Positions 23,300 to 36,140 of a DNA stretch of 40,227 nucleotides are shown here, piece by piece. The translations under genes and the position numbers were made by a program. The notes beneath the pieces are model-generated. The model was not told the origin of the DNA and ran no database searches. It saw nothing but the letters and a program-made list of their open reading frames with translations. Origin of the DNA: Chiloscyllium plagiosum (taxonomy: Eukaryota); contig NC_057718.1 in NCBI RefSeq assembly GCF_004010195.1, forward strand, positions 47,518,272 through 47,558,498, given 5' to 3'. How positions within the stretch are numbered: position 1 is the first letter of the stretch; each line of letters begins with the position of its first letter.

Positions 23300-23720
23300 T
23301 GACAGGGAAGTGGAAGATGTGTCTGGTGGTGGCATCAATGAAATGGTGAAGTATGATGTGTTGAAAATGGACTGGTGATGTGGAATGGTTTTTGGTGGGT
23401 GACAGCAGAAATAGGACTTGAATGGTGGAGAGCCCTGTTATTCAGAGCAAAGGAGTTTCTTGGTTGAAGAGAAGTGAGACATGTCAGAAATATTGAGTGA
23501 AAAATTATATCATCAGAATAGATGTGCCAGAGGCGGTGCGAGCTAGGTCTCTTCAAGGTGGACATTCCAGAAAGTGAAGTGGCAGTCAATGAGACATGAA
23601 TGGAGAAACAAAAACTGTGTACTTTCCCAATTCTAATGGATGGTCATTAACATAAAATGTCAGCTCTGTTTCTGTCTTTACAAATGTTGAATGACCTGCT
23701 GAGTAATTCCAGTATTTCCT
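23300..23720 (-). mobile_element. Degenerate Penelope fragment followed by an inverted family A-like tail
   Basis: Minus-strand RLWHIYSDDIIFH resembles PLE RLRRICSDDxxFH; tail gacctgctgagtaattccagtattt on the plus strand. Confidence 0.55.
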
Positions 23721-25949
23721 TGATATTAAAGTAGTACTCGGCTTTTCAAGCAGTATATTGACAGCTCCTGCTATTTATTGCCCTAATCACTGATACTGAA
23801 AGAAATCTGAGTACAATTAAATTGTTTCAACAAGATTACTGTCTATTATTAGTTACTTAATCAGTAGTGTTTCAGAAACTGCATTTTGAGGTTCTAGCAC
23901 CATGACTTTCATTCCGGAAGTTACCTTGCTCAGCACAGGATTAGTACATGCCTTTGACTTGCATCCCAGGCCTCAATTATTTTATTTTCTTGATGATAAT
24001 AATAGTTAAAGAGGAAGTTATAGAATATGGTAGTATTTTATGACCTGAGATTAGCAAAGAAAAAAAAATGTTTTCCTCCATGCCAAATAAGATGATCTTA
24101 AGAAGAGACATTTCTGACTTTACTACACATCGCACACAAAATATTGCTCAGCTTTTAATTTTTTATTGTGTGGGCTAAGTGCACTGCTGACAAGTCTGAC
24201 ATTTATTGCCCATCCCACTGCCTCTGGCAAGGTGGTGTACCTTCATGGACTGCTGTCATCCTTGTGGTGTCGACACACCCATAGAGGGAGAAAGTTCAGG
24301 ATTATGCCTCAGCAGCTATGAAATATCTGTGATTAAAGCTCCAACTCAGGATGGTGAGTAACCTGAAGGAGAATTTTCAGAGAGTAACATTCCCATTTTT
24401 TTTTTCTACTCCTTTTCTTACAGATGGTAGATATTGTAGGTTTTAATGATAGTGTTGATAAATACTTGATAAGATGCTGCAGCGTGACATATGTACTCTG
24501 CTGACACTATGCATCTATGGGGAAGGGAATGAATGTTTTAGGTAGTGAATGGCCTGCAAATCAAGTGGGCTGCTTTGTCCTGGATAACACTGCTTCCTGA
24601 GTGTTGTTGGAGTTGCATTCTCTCAGGCAAATGTACAGTATTCCATCACATTCATGACTTGGGGAACTGTATTGAGGCTGGCACCAGTAATAAGGCCAGA
24701 AGCTAAATGGTCCTAGTGGAAGCTAGACTGAGTTCCACCTAATGCAGGATTAGTTCTGAGTTCAATAGCCAGAGCTGGCAAACCTTTTTGCATCACATTG
24801 CTGACAGTTGAGAGTAAACTGATGGGTAAGTGATTGGCCAAATTGGATTTGTTCTGTTTTTCTTGTGGACAGGGTAGCACAGATGAAAGTGTTGTAGCTA
24901 TACTGGAACAGCTAAGCTAAATGTACAGTTAGCAAGTGCAAGTCTGCCTCTGAGAGATTGTCAGGACCTGTAATACTTCCTTTTTCCAGCCTCTTTAGGT
25001 AGCTTCTTGAACCACTGCAGTCCATGTGCTGTAGGTAGACCCACAATGCCATTAGGGACAGAGTTCCAGGATTTTCACCCAATGACACTGAAGGGACAGC
25101 AGCATATTTCCAGGTCAGGATGGTGAATGGCTTGGAGGGGAACTTGCAGGTGTTTCTGTTCCAAGAAGGCAGCTCACTACAACCTTCTCCAGGAAAATTA
25201 ACAATAAGAAATAAATGCTGTCCTGGCCACGAACAAAAAACATGTAAATTAGCAGAGATTTTTAGACAGCAGTCTGAATTTCACTGCCCAAGTCACTACC
25301 AGAAAATGACAGATACAGAATTACAACAACAGATGCAGAATTAAACCTATTGCACACTCTGGACTGGGCACTGAAAGACACATATTTAATTACCCCTTCA
25401 CATAGAATGTCAAGCCGTAATGGTTGTTGATTGACTCACATTGTCAGAGTCAGTATTCAGTACCGATTAAAAGGGAAACATTCCTGCACTCTCATTCAGT
25501 GTGGGAAGCCAACGATTACAAAATGATACCCACACTCACTAGATTATCAGAAACAAGTGCAGGACTCTTATCCCCTACTACCAAAACATGAAAGAAATAA
25601 TTTTAAAAATATACCAAAAGCAGATTGAGATAATACAAATCACACTTCCATTTAGTACTGGAGACTTTCAGTAGATATTATTCCACATTTAGTCCTGAAT
25701 ACTGACAGTTAATAATTAATTGCATACTCTCATACAATGCCAAGACAGACGATTAGAGAATGAATCATACATTCCTTCACAATAGAAATATGAGCCTTGT
25801 ATCAATTATCTCCCCTACTAATGCAATGTATCGTAGACTGACAGAGTGAATCACAAGATGATATAATTGCAGTTAATTGGAAATATAGATACATCCCTCT
25901 CAGAGAAAGAAGACACCACTGATGATCTGATCAGGTTCTGGGGATTTAT

Positions 25950-27805
25950 CTACCTTTATATGTTTTAAGACCACCAGCACCTCCTTTTGTTATATGATCG
26001 CTTTTCAAAACATTGTTTTTTCCCCCAAGTACCCTGTCTTTCGTGATGTTCTCCACAGTAAACACTGGCATGAAATATTCGTTTAGTAATCTCACAATGA
26101 TTCCACACACAGACTGTCACTTTGATCTTTACGAGGCCTATTTTCTCCCTAGTTGCGCTTTTGCCCTTAATATACATATAGATTCTCTTTGGATTCTCCT
26201 TAACTCTATTTGCCAAAGCTATCTTATGTCTTTTTACCCTCCTGATCTCCCTCTTTCTTTCCCTTCGTGCCCTTACACTCCTCTAGGGATTCATTCAGTC
26301 CCAACTGTCTATACCTGATAGATGCCTCCTTTTTCTTGGCCAAAATCTCAATTTCTTTAGTATTCCAGCATTCCCTTAATGTACCAATCGTGCCCTTCAC
26401 ACTAACAGGAACATACTGTCTCTGGACTTGCGATATCTCATTCTTAAAGAGTTCTCACTTCCCAACTGTCCTTTTACCTGTGAGTAGCCTCCCTCAGAAA
26501 ACCTTTGAAAGTTCCTATCTAATACATCAAAATCGACCTTACTTCAATTTAGAATTTTCACTTTTTGATCAGTCTATTCTTTTCCATAACTATTTTAAAA
26601 CAAATAGAATTATGATTGCTTGCCCCAAAGACCTTCTCTACTCATACTTTCGTAACTTATCCTGTCTTATTGCCTTACAGAAGGTCAGATTTTGCTCCTT
26701 CCCTTGTAGGCACATTCAAATATTGAATAACAAAACTTTCTTGTACACTTTTAACAAATTCTTCCCATCCAAGCCCTAAACACTATGGCAGTCCCAGATT
26801 ATGCGTCTGAATAGTTAAAATCCCACACCATTAAAACCTTATTGTTCTTACAGATGTCTGAGATCTCCTTATATATTTGTTTCTCAATTTCCCATTGACA
26901 GTCGGAGGAGGGGGACACAATAGTACAATCCTAACAAGATTTCTTATTTCTCAGTTCTACCCATATAACTTCACTGGACAATCTCCCAGGAATATCCTCC
27001 TCAAGTGTAGCTATAACGTTATCCCTAATCAAAAATGCCACTCTGCCCCCGCCCCCATTCTCTTGCCTCCCTTTCTATCCTTACTATAGCATCTATACAT
27101 CAAGCTGCAAATCTTGATAATCCCTGAGCTATGTTTCTGTAATAGCTATGATATCCCAGACTCATGTTCCCAACTGTGCCCTATGTTCATCTGCCTTACC
27201 TGTCAGGCCTTTTGCATTAAAGTAAATGCAGCTTACTTTATCAGTCTAACATCATTTTCTGACAAGCTCTTGTCTGCCATGTCTATTTGACTTGCTCCCC
27301 TTATGTGTATCAGCCTCAGCCTCTTCTCTTTTCTCACTATCATTTTGGTTCCCATCCATCTCTGAGAATCCTCCCGAGTAGCATGAACAAATCTTCTCTC
27401 AAGGATATTGGTCACCTTACAACTCAGGTAGAACCTGTCCTCTTATGAGTTTCATTGCTACCTGAAGAGATATTGAGGGTTGAAAAAATGTGAATTTTTG
27501 CCCCTTGCACCAGTTCCTCAGCCACGCACTCATCCACTGTATCCTCCTATTCCTACTCTCACTAGCACGTGGCACTGTTAGCAGTCCAGGTATTACTCCT
27601 CTTGCGGACCTACTTTTTAATCTCCTGCCTAGTTTTCTATGTTCTCCTATATAGAACTTCATCCCTTTCCATACCTATGTTGTTGTTACCAACATGCACA
27701 GTGACCTCCTGCCGGTTCCTGTCCCATTTTAGAATATTCTGCACCTTCTCTGAGACATCCTTGACCCTGGCACCAGGCAGGCAACACTCCATTCTCACTG
27801 ACAGC
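25950..27805 (-). mobile_element. CR1 5' part: ORF1 SGNH-esterase-like domain and ORF2 AP endonuclease, degenerate
   Basis: Minus-strand CCLPGARVKDVSEKVQNIL...VHVGNNNIG (ORF1) and ANRVKENPKRIYMYIKGK (ORF2). Confidence 0.85.
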
Positions 27806-27914
27806 CTTGTGAAATTTGAAACCAAAAATATACCTAGCCTAATGGTGACCATGAAACCATTGTCAATAGTTTAAAAACCTCTTTGTGACTCCAGACTTAT
27901 TGCAATGTAGTTGA

Positions 27915-29414
27915 CTTACAAATATATTAAGGACAAAAGGTTAACTAGGGAGAGAATAGGGCCCCTCCAAGATCAGCAAGGTGGTCTTTGTGTGGAGCCA
28001 CAGAAAATGGGGGAGATACCAAATAAATATTTTGCATCAGTATTTACTGTGGAAAAGGATAAGAAAGATATAGAACTGTAGGGAAATAGATGGTGACATC
28101 TTGCAAACTGTCCAGATTACAGAGGAGGAAGTGCTGGATGTCTTGAAATGGTTAAAAGTGGTTAAATCCCCTGGACCTGATCAGGTGTACCCGAGAACTC
28201 TATGGGAAGCTAGAGAAGTGATTGCTGGGCCGCTTGCTGATATATTTGTATCATCGATAGTCACAGGTGAGGTGCCGGAAGACTGGAGGTTGGCAAACGT
28301 GCCACTGTTTAAGAAGGGTGGTAAAGACAAGCCAGATAGCTAAAGACAGGTGAGCCTAACCTCGGTGGTGGGCAAGTTGTTGGAGGGAATCCTGAGGGAC
28401 AGGATGTACATGTATTTGGAAAGGCAAGGACTGATTCGGGATAATCAACATGACTTTGTGCGTGGGAAATCATGTCTCACAAACTTGATTGAGTTTTTTG
28501 AAGAAGTAACAAAGAAGATTGATGAGGGCAGAGCAGTAGNNNNNNNNNNNNNNNNNNNNNNNNNNNNNNNNNNNNNNNNNNNNNNNNNNNAAGTGGCAGA
28601 TGGAGTTTAATTCAGATAAGGTGCTGCATTTTGGGAAAGCAAGTCTTAGCAGGACTTATATACTTAATGGTAAGGTCCAAGGGAGTATTGCTGAACAAAG
28701 AGACCTTGGAATGCAGGTTCATGGCTCCTTGAAAGTGGAGTCGCAGATAGATAGGATAGTGAAGAAGGCGTTTGGTATGCTTTCCTGTATTGGTCAGAGT
28801 ATTGAGTACAGGAGTTGGGTTGTCATGTTGCGGCTGTGCAGGACATTGGTTAGGCCACTGTTGGAATATTGCATGCAATTCTGGTCTCCTTCCTATCGGA
28901 AAGATGTTGTGAAACTTGAAAGGGTTCAGAAAAGATTTACAACGATGTTGCCAGGGTTGGAGGATCTGAGCTACAGGGAGAGGCTGAACATGCTGGGGCT
29001 GTTTTCCCTGGAGCGTCGGAGGCTGAGGGGTGACCTTATAGAGGTTTACAAAATTTTGAGGGGCATGGATCGGATAAATAGACAAAATCTTTTCCCTGGA
29101 GTCGAGGAGTCCAGAACTAGAGGGCACAGGTTTAGGGTGAGAGGGGAAAGATATAAAAGAGACCTAAGGGACAACTTTTTCATGCAGAGGGTGGTACGTG
29201 TATGGAATGAGCTGTCAGAGGATGTGGTGGAGGCTGGTACAATTGCAACATTTAAGAGGCATTTGGATGGGTATATGAATAGGAAGAGTTTGGAGGGATA
29301 TGGGTCGGGTGCTGGCAGGTGGGACTAGATTGGGTTGGGATATCTGGTTGGCATGGATGGGTTGGACCGAAGGGTCTGTTTCCATGTTGTACATCTCTAT
29401 GACTCTATGACTCT
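27915..29414 (+). mobile_element. 5'-truncated CR1 LINE spanning an assembly gap
   Basis: KSPGPD...VPEDWRLANVP, KSCLTNLIEFFEEV, a 242-aa open C-terminus, and (CTATGACT)n tail. Confidence 0.95.
28540..28590. other. Assembly gap (51 N)
   Basis: Run of N inside a CR1. Confidence 1.
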
Positions 29415-30539
29415 AAACTGCTTCTGTCCACTTAGAGATGAGCAATGTGCTGGCCTAGTTAGTGAATCCCACGTCCCATGAATGAATATAAGAAAAAAAA
29501 TTCATTAAGTAATGAAAGTGAAACAGATCAAGAGAGGGGCAATAAATATAGTGAATTAGTTGCAGGTTCATCTGCAAGACCAGTCTCACATTTGGATGGA
29601 AGATCACCTTAAATGACTGGTGATGAAGTCTCACCTCTGAACAAGCAGAGGCAGATACATTATTCATCCCACACCCCAAAATAAAGTCAGTGGTGAGGGA
29701 AATAATGTACCAAAATAAAAACTGTCTACTATCTTGAACTCTGCAATTTTTCAGCCTAAAATGTTTGATATGATTCCTGGTCAGCACCAAGTTTGTAACA
29801 TCCCAGATGTTTATAGTCAGATTCAGTCAGGTACTAACCCCTGCACGATCACAGCAAACACAATTCTATTATCTCACAAAGTCTCATGAAGGCTCTCTGA
29901 CATATTGCTGGAGATGTGGAATATATAGCCAGCATCATCTTTGCAAATTGTGCCTCCTGGTGGTGCTATTGATGATAAACTCAACTGTCTACAAATTGAC
30001 AGTGTACTGGGCACTTTTTGGCAAAGTGGGAGTTACGATGAGTTTTTGATTGGAAGGTTTTTTTTGCTGCGAGGCCTAGTATGTTTTACCACCATATTTT
30101 ACCAAATTCACCACAGTAACTGCCTTAATGGTGTCCCCCACATCTAATTCTAGCCCCATCTTATCACACAGTGTTCTTAGAACAACTCGCTATTGCCAAG
30201 ATATTCTGGAATGGAATGACATCCCTTGTGCCTGTGCCATCTTTCTGAGCTTGTTGTGTACCCAGACTGTTGGGAGCCTCTGAGAATAGGCTATCTACTC
30301 CCTCTTGACTTGACTGAGGCCTCCGTGGCAAGCCTCCTGCCTTTGTGTCTGTACGGAACAACAAATTTCTATCACATAACTCGCCATAGCTCATGATACT
30401 CAGACTCATTCAAGGTTCTGCCCATGGTCATTATATCTGATGCTAGGTTTTCATTCGGTTTGATAATTGAATTAAATTGTCCTACTGCCATGATGGTATT
30501 TGAGGTCATGTTTTCCACGTATAGTCTCCTGTGTCTTTT

Positions 30540-31670
30540 TCTATTCATTCACAGAATGTGGGTATTACTGGTCGGGCCAGCATTTGATACTGATTTCTAA
30601 TTGCCCTCAAAGATGATGCCCCATTGAACCACAGCAGTCCAGTACACCCAAAGTGTTGGTAGGAAGGGAGTCCCAGGACATTGATTTAGTATCAGTGAAG
30701 AAATGATGATATAATTCCAGGTCAGGATGATGTGTGGCTTGGTCGGGGAGTTGTAAGTGGTGGCCTTCCCGGCATCTATGAGCTTATAGTTCTAAGTTGT
30801 GTAGGTCACGAGTTTAGAAGGTGCTGTTGAAGGAGAGTAAGTGATTACCTGTTGTGCATCTTGAAAAATGCTACGCACTGCTGTTTCTGTGCGTTAGTGG
30901 GAGGAGTGAATGTCTAAGGCATTGGTTGGGGTGCCAGTTGTTTGTTTTGTCCTGGACAGTGTTAAGCTTATTGAGTGTTGTTGGAGTTGCTGCTCATCCA
31001 GCCATGAAGAAAATACTTTTGACCATCTTGTAGATGGGGAGTGAATAGGTGAGTTACGTGTTGGGGAATTCCCAGTTTCTGACCTTCTTTTGTAGTCACA
31101 GTATATGTCTAGCCCAGTTAATTTCTGGTTAATGGTAACCTCCAGGATGTTGATAGTGGGAGTACCATAACTGGAAATACCATTGATAGTCAAGATGATC
31201 ATTGATTGAAATTTGTGTGGTGCGAATGTTATTTTCTACATATCCGCTGAAGTCTGGATGTTGTCCAGATGTTGCTGCACATGGAATGGACTGCTTCAGT
31301 ATCTTTTAATTTGCAAATTTTCCAAATTCTCTGAAGATTGTGCAATCACCAATGAACAAACCCAATTCTGAGCTAATAGAAGGAAAGTCATTGAAGCAGC
31401 CGAAGATTGTTGGGTCTCGGACATAACCTTGAGAAGCCTCTTGCAGAGATGTCCTGGAACTGAGATGATTGACCTCCTCCAACCACAACCATATTCCTTT
31501 GTGCTAGATATGACTCTAACCACTGGAGAGTTTTCTCCCTGATTCCCATTGACTCTAGTTTTGCTAGGATTCTATGATGGCATACTTTGTCAAATGTGGT
31601 CTTGGTTTGACGGGAAGCAACTCTTACCTCACCTCTGGTGTTCAGCATTTTTGTCCATGTTTGGACCAAA
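30540..31670 (-). mobile_element. Degenerate CR1/L2-group LINE
   Basis: Minus-strand FDKVCHHRILAKLESMGIREKTLQWLESYLAQR and PTIFGCFND. Related remnants at about 870-1380 and 24170-25160. Confidence 0.8.
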
Positions 31671-32857
31671 AGGATTGCAAACCCCTAACCTAACTTCTGT
31701 GTTCTTATTCATCAAGTTACTTGCTTTATAACCGAGGGAGCAGACAGGTATTGCTGCTTTGGAGGGGTACCTGCATCATTCATTATTAGTTCAAATAGAT
31801 AAACCTTGTTTACTTTTGTACAGAATTAATACTTTTGTCTCCAACTGTAGTTACAACTGTACCATTAATTTCTCCCATAATTATTTAGCTGTGAAACTTC
31901 ACATTAGGTTCATCACCAAAACTGATTATTTCCCCCATAGCCTCTTCCCTAATTCAGTTGAGATTACTGATTTTAAAATATTTGAGTTTAATACCTTATT
32001 CTCTGACTTTGTCATTGGTTTCAAATATTCACTTTTAATATGTCATTCATCTTTGGAAAATGAGTGTTTTTAAGGTGGTTCGACGTACTTTAAATTTGAT
32101 GAATAATACTCCTTCATTGCATTCCTAACGATGAATGTAAAAACTGGGCTCCTGGGCATTGGTATTCCCGGTGTTACTGAGATTAGCTTTCTAAAATTAC
32201 TCTCAAAGAAGTTGTCTGTTAGATTATTGTAATTTTGTTTTAGTCATATTAATGTCTTAACTGCAGTTATACAGTTTCTGTTCAAGTTCACCCTGTTATA
32301 TCCTACATACTGTCACTGACATCTCACTGTGACAAAAATAACCTTTCAGTGCAGTCTTGCATACATCAATATATTTCAGTCTGAGGCATAAGTGCCTTCT
32401 ATGCAAATATCTTTATTAAAATATTCCATTTTTGGTAGTCTGACCCAACCATATTGCCATCTGTTCTTTATGTGGAGATGAGAAGGCCTGTCTTTATGTA
32501 AATGATAGTAAAATGCCTGTTGGTTCCTGTACAGTGTCTTTGCGGTTTAATTCTCACCTCTGCCATTATTTCTCCTTTTTGTTTTTCACATGTTTTTTTG
32601 TCAAGTTTAAGAAGTAACCCTCAGTGCAGTTCCGAATGACAAGCAACTGATGGGTAGCGAGATGGAATTACTGTAGTGCCTTTTTGTATAATTGGGGTTT
32701 TGATTCGCAAAAGTCAGCATTTTCAGTATTTGCTTTTTCACCTGCAATAAAAGTGAAAGAGTTTTAATTATAGCTGTATCATAAGTTACCAGCAATTGCA
32801 TACCTTTTTCAAAAAATAGGACTATACTTCAGTTTCAGTTTCTGGGCCACTTTCAAA

Positions 32858-33412
32858 TAGAGTCATAGAGACGTACAAGCACGGAAACAGACCCTTCGGT
32901 CCAACTTATCCATACTGACCAGATATCCCAACCCAATCTAGTTACACTTGCCAGCACCCAGCCCATATCCCTCCAAACCCTTCCCATTCTTAAACCTATT
33001 CATATGCCTTTTAAATGTTGCAATTATACTAGCCTCCATCAGTTCCTCTGGCAGCTCATTCCATACACGTACCACCCTCTGCGTGAAAAAGTTACCCCTT
33101 AGGTCTCTTTTATATCTTTCCCCTCTCATCCTAAACTTATGCCCACTAGAACTGGACTCCCCGATCCCAGGGAACAGACTTTGTCTATTTATCCCATCCA
33201 TGCCCCTCATAATTTTGTAAACCTCTATAAGGTCACCCCTCAGCCACCGGCACTCCAGGGAAAACAGCCCCAGCCTGTTCAGCCTCTCCCTATAGCTCAA
33301 ATCCTCCAACCCTGGCAACTTCCTTGTAAATCTTTTCTGAACCCTTTCAAGTTTCATAATCTCTTTCCGATAAGAAGAGGCCAGAATTGCATGCAATATT
33401 TCAACAAATGAC
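32858..33412 (-). mobile_element. CR1 3' end
   Basis: 152-aa ORF2 C-terminus; tail atagagtcatagag; caaatagag at both ends. Confidence 0.95.
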
Positions 33413-33931
33413 CAAATAGAGCAGATGAAAGCTATTCATGAATGCCAAGGGCATATTTTTTGTGTAAATTTCAAGTATTCAAATCCATTTTCAATACATC
33501 CCAACCTAATGAAAAACTGCCCAGCAACTTTGCAAAAGCTACTTGATCCAGAAATGCTGGCAACTCAAAAAGAGTCCTGATTATCGGTCCATGCCATGTA
33601 AAAGTCATTGGTAATATTAGTTTCTTCAGTGGTGAAAATTTTATAAGAGAAGGCTGAAAGGGGTGGGGGCAAATTCAGCAGAAGAATTCAAGGGGAGAAC
33701 TTTAAAGGGTAAATGGAGAGAAACTTCCCATACCAAAGGTGATATAAAGAAAAAACATTTTTTAATGCAGTGTATGGTTAGGATTTGGAAGGAAATGCCA
33801 AAGGGTGTGATGGAGGCAGATTCAGTTATGGCTTTCAGGAAAGTTTAGTTAGTTGTCTGAAGAGAGAAAATCAATGGAAGAAGTACTGAGGAATGGAACC
33901 AGCTGATACTCTCTTGTAGATATCTGCAATC

Positions 33932-34086
33932 TGGATTAGAGTGGTGCTGGAAAAGCACAGCAGTTCAGGCAGCATCCGAAGAGCAGGAAAATCGACATTT
34001 CAGGCAAAAGCCCTTCATCAGGAATACCTCTATTCCACTCTAATCCAGAATCTGGTTTCCAGCATCTGCAGTCATTGTTTTTACCT
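33932..34086 (+). mobile_element. Family A Penelope-type element (inverted arm with CpG-decayed HHR plus sense tail)
   Basis: Perfect 15-bp TSD tagatatctgcaatc at 33917-33931 and 34089-34103. Minus-strand core CTGATGA-AGGGCTTTTGCCT-GAAA-TGTC; tail ends gtttttacc. Confidence 0.88.
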
Positions 34087-34103
34087 CATAGATATCTGCA
34101 ATC

Positions 34104-34330
34104 ATAAAGGCAAAGTTGCCATAGTCCTAGAGGACCATAGGCGTCATGTCTCCTCAGGGAGAGACAACTTGTGATGGTTTAACCGAAGGGTCTCCACTCC
34201 ACATGCGAGGGGAGAGGTTGAGAAGGTGGAACCTTCAAAGTGACCTCAGTCGGTGCAGGAATTGAATACACACTGGTGATGTCATAATACGTTGCAGGAA
34301 AGCCATCCAGCCAACTGAGCTAACTGACCT
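34104..34330 (-). mobile_element. Second tRNA-derived SINE family
   Basis: Minus strand starts ggtcagtTAGCTCAGTTGG (A box) ... taTTCAATTCC (B box) and ends in a short-repeat tail. Confidence 0.65.
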
Positions 34331-34334
34331 ACCT

Positions 34335-36140
34335 CATTCTCTGCTTTGCTCCAGCCTGCCTTGACTATTTGACTTGCTCCTTTTCCCAACTGCACAAGCC
34401 TCAGACTGATCCTTTTCCTCCCAATCTCTATAGGTCACACCTCCCCCATTAAACTGCATTTATTTCAATGCAAAAGGCCTAATAGCAAAGGCAGATGAAC
34501 TTGGGGCATGGTTGGAAACACAGGGTGGGTTATCATAGCTATTAAGGAGATGTGCCACAGGGATAGATGACTGGCAGCTTAACGTTCCAGAGTATAGACT
34601 CTACAGGAAAGTTAGAAAGGGGGGCAAGAGAGGAGGGGTGTGGCATTTTTGATTGGGGATAGCATTACAGCTGTAGTTAGAGATGATATTCAGGGAAGTT
34701 CGTCGAATGAAGTATTGTGGGTGGAATTGAGAAATAAGAAAGGGGCGATCACCGTATTGAGAATGTACTATAGACAACCCCTCCAATAGTCAGGGGGAAA
34801 TTAAGAAGCAAATATATAAGACAATCTCCAATATCTATCTGTAAGACTAATAGGATGGTAATGGTAGTGAATTTTAACTCGTCAAGCATAGACTGAGACT
34901 CCCATAATGTTAAGGGACCAGATAAGGAAGAATTTAAGTGTGTACAAGAAAATCATCTGATTCAGTATGTGGATGAACCTAAACCTTAACCTTCTCTTGG
35001 CAAATAATGTGGGGCAGGTGACTGAGGTGTCACGGGTGGAGCACTTTGGGGCAATTGATCATAATTCTATTAGTTTTAATATAGTTATGGAAAAGGATAG
35101 GTCTGATTAGATTACTTACCGTGTGGAAACAGGCCCTTTGGCCCAACAAGTTCACACCGACTCTCCGAAGAGCAACCCACCCAGACCTATTCCCCTACAT
35201 TTACCCCTTCACTTAACACTACAGGCAATATTAACATGGCCAGTTCACCTAACGTGCACATTTTTGGACTGTGGGAGGAAACCAGAGCACCCGGAGGAAA
35301 CCCACGCAGACACGGGGAGAATGTGCAAACTCCAAACAGACAGTTGCCTGAGGCGGGAATTGAACCCGGGTCTCTGGCGTTGTGAAGTAGCAGTGCTAAC
35401 CACTGTGCCACCATGCCACCCATAAAGTTAATATTCTAAATTGGAGGAAAGCCAATTTTAACAGTATTAGTCATGAACTTTCAAAAGTTGGTTGGGGACG
35501 GATATTCACAGATCAGGGGAATGCTTGAAATTGGAGTTGCAGGTAGATAGGATAGTGAAGAACGTGTTTGGTATGCTTGCTTTTATTCAAAGCATTGAGT
35601 ATAAAGTTGGGAGGTCATATTGTGGCTGTATCGGACCTTGGTTTAGCCACTAAATGGAATACTGCGTGCAATTCTGGTCTCCCTGTTGTAGAAAGAATGT
35701 TGTGAAACTTGAAAAGGTTCAGAAAAACATTACAAGAATGTTGCCAGGGTTGGAGGGCTTGAGCTACAGGGAAAGGCTAAATAGTCTGGGGCTACTTTCC
35801 CTGGAGCATTGGAGGCTGAGAAGTGAGAGGTTTATAAAATCATGAGGGGAATGGGTAGGGTAAATAGACAAGGGTTGGAGGTGAGAGAGGAAAGATTTAA
35901 AAGAAACCTGAGAGGCAACCTTTTCACACAGATGGTGGTGTGTGTATGGAGTGAGCTGCCAGAGGAAGTGATGGAGGCTGGTACAATGACAACATTTAAA
36001 ACGCATCTGGATCGGTATATGAATAGGAAGGGTTTAGAAGGATATGGGCCAAATGCTGGCAAATGAGACTAGATTAATTTAGGCTATCTGGTCGGCTTGG
36101 ATGGAAGGTTCTGTTTCCGTGCTGTACATCTCTGACCTCT
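34335..36140 (+). mobile_element. Internally deleted CR1 (endonuclease N-terminus plus 3' end) with an inverted 5' piece and a nested SINE
   Basis: LNCIYFNAKGL at about 34449 and MEYCVQFWSP at 35654; 34335-34447 is antisense inter-ORF sequence. Confidence 0.85.
35105..35423 (-). mobile_element. tRNA-derived SINE (HE1/V-SINE-like), nested in CR1
   Basis: Reverse complement of the 2199-2469 family; tail taagtaatctaatc. Confidence 0.9.

Noticed and set aside
28600..29328. 242-aa ORF as a host gene
   Set aside because: It is the CR1 ORF2 C-terminus, present in many copies in this window.
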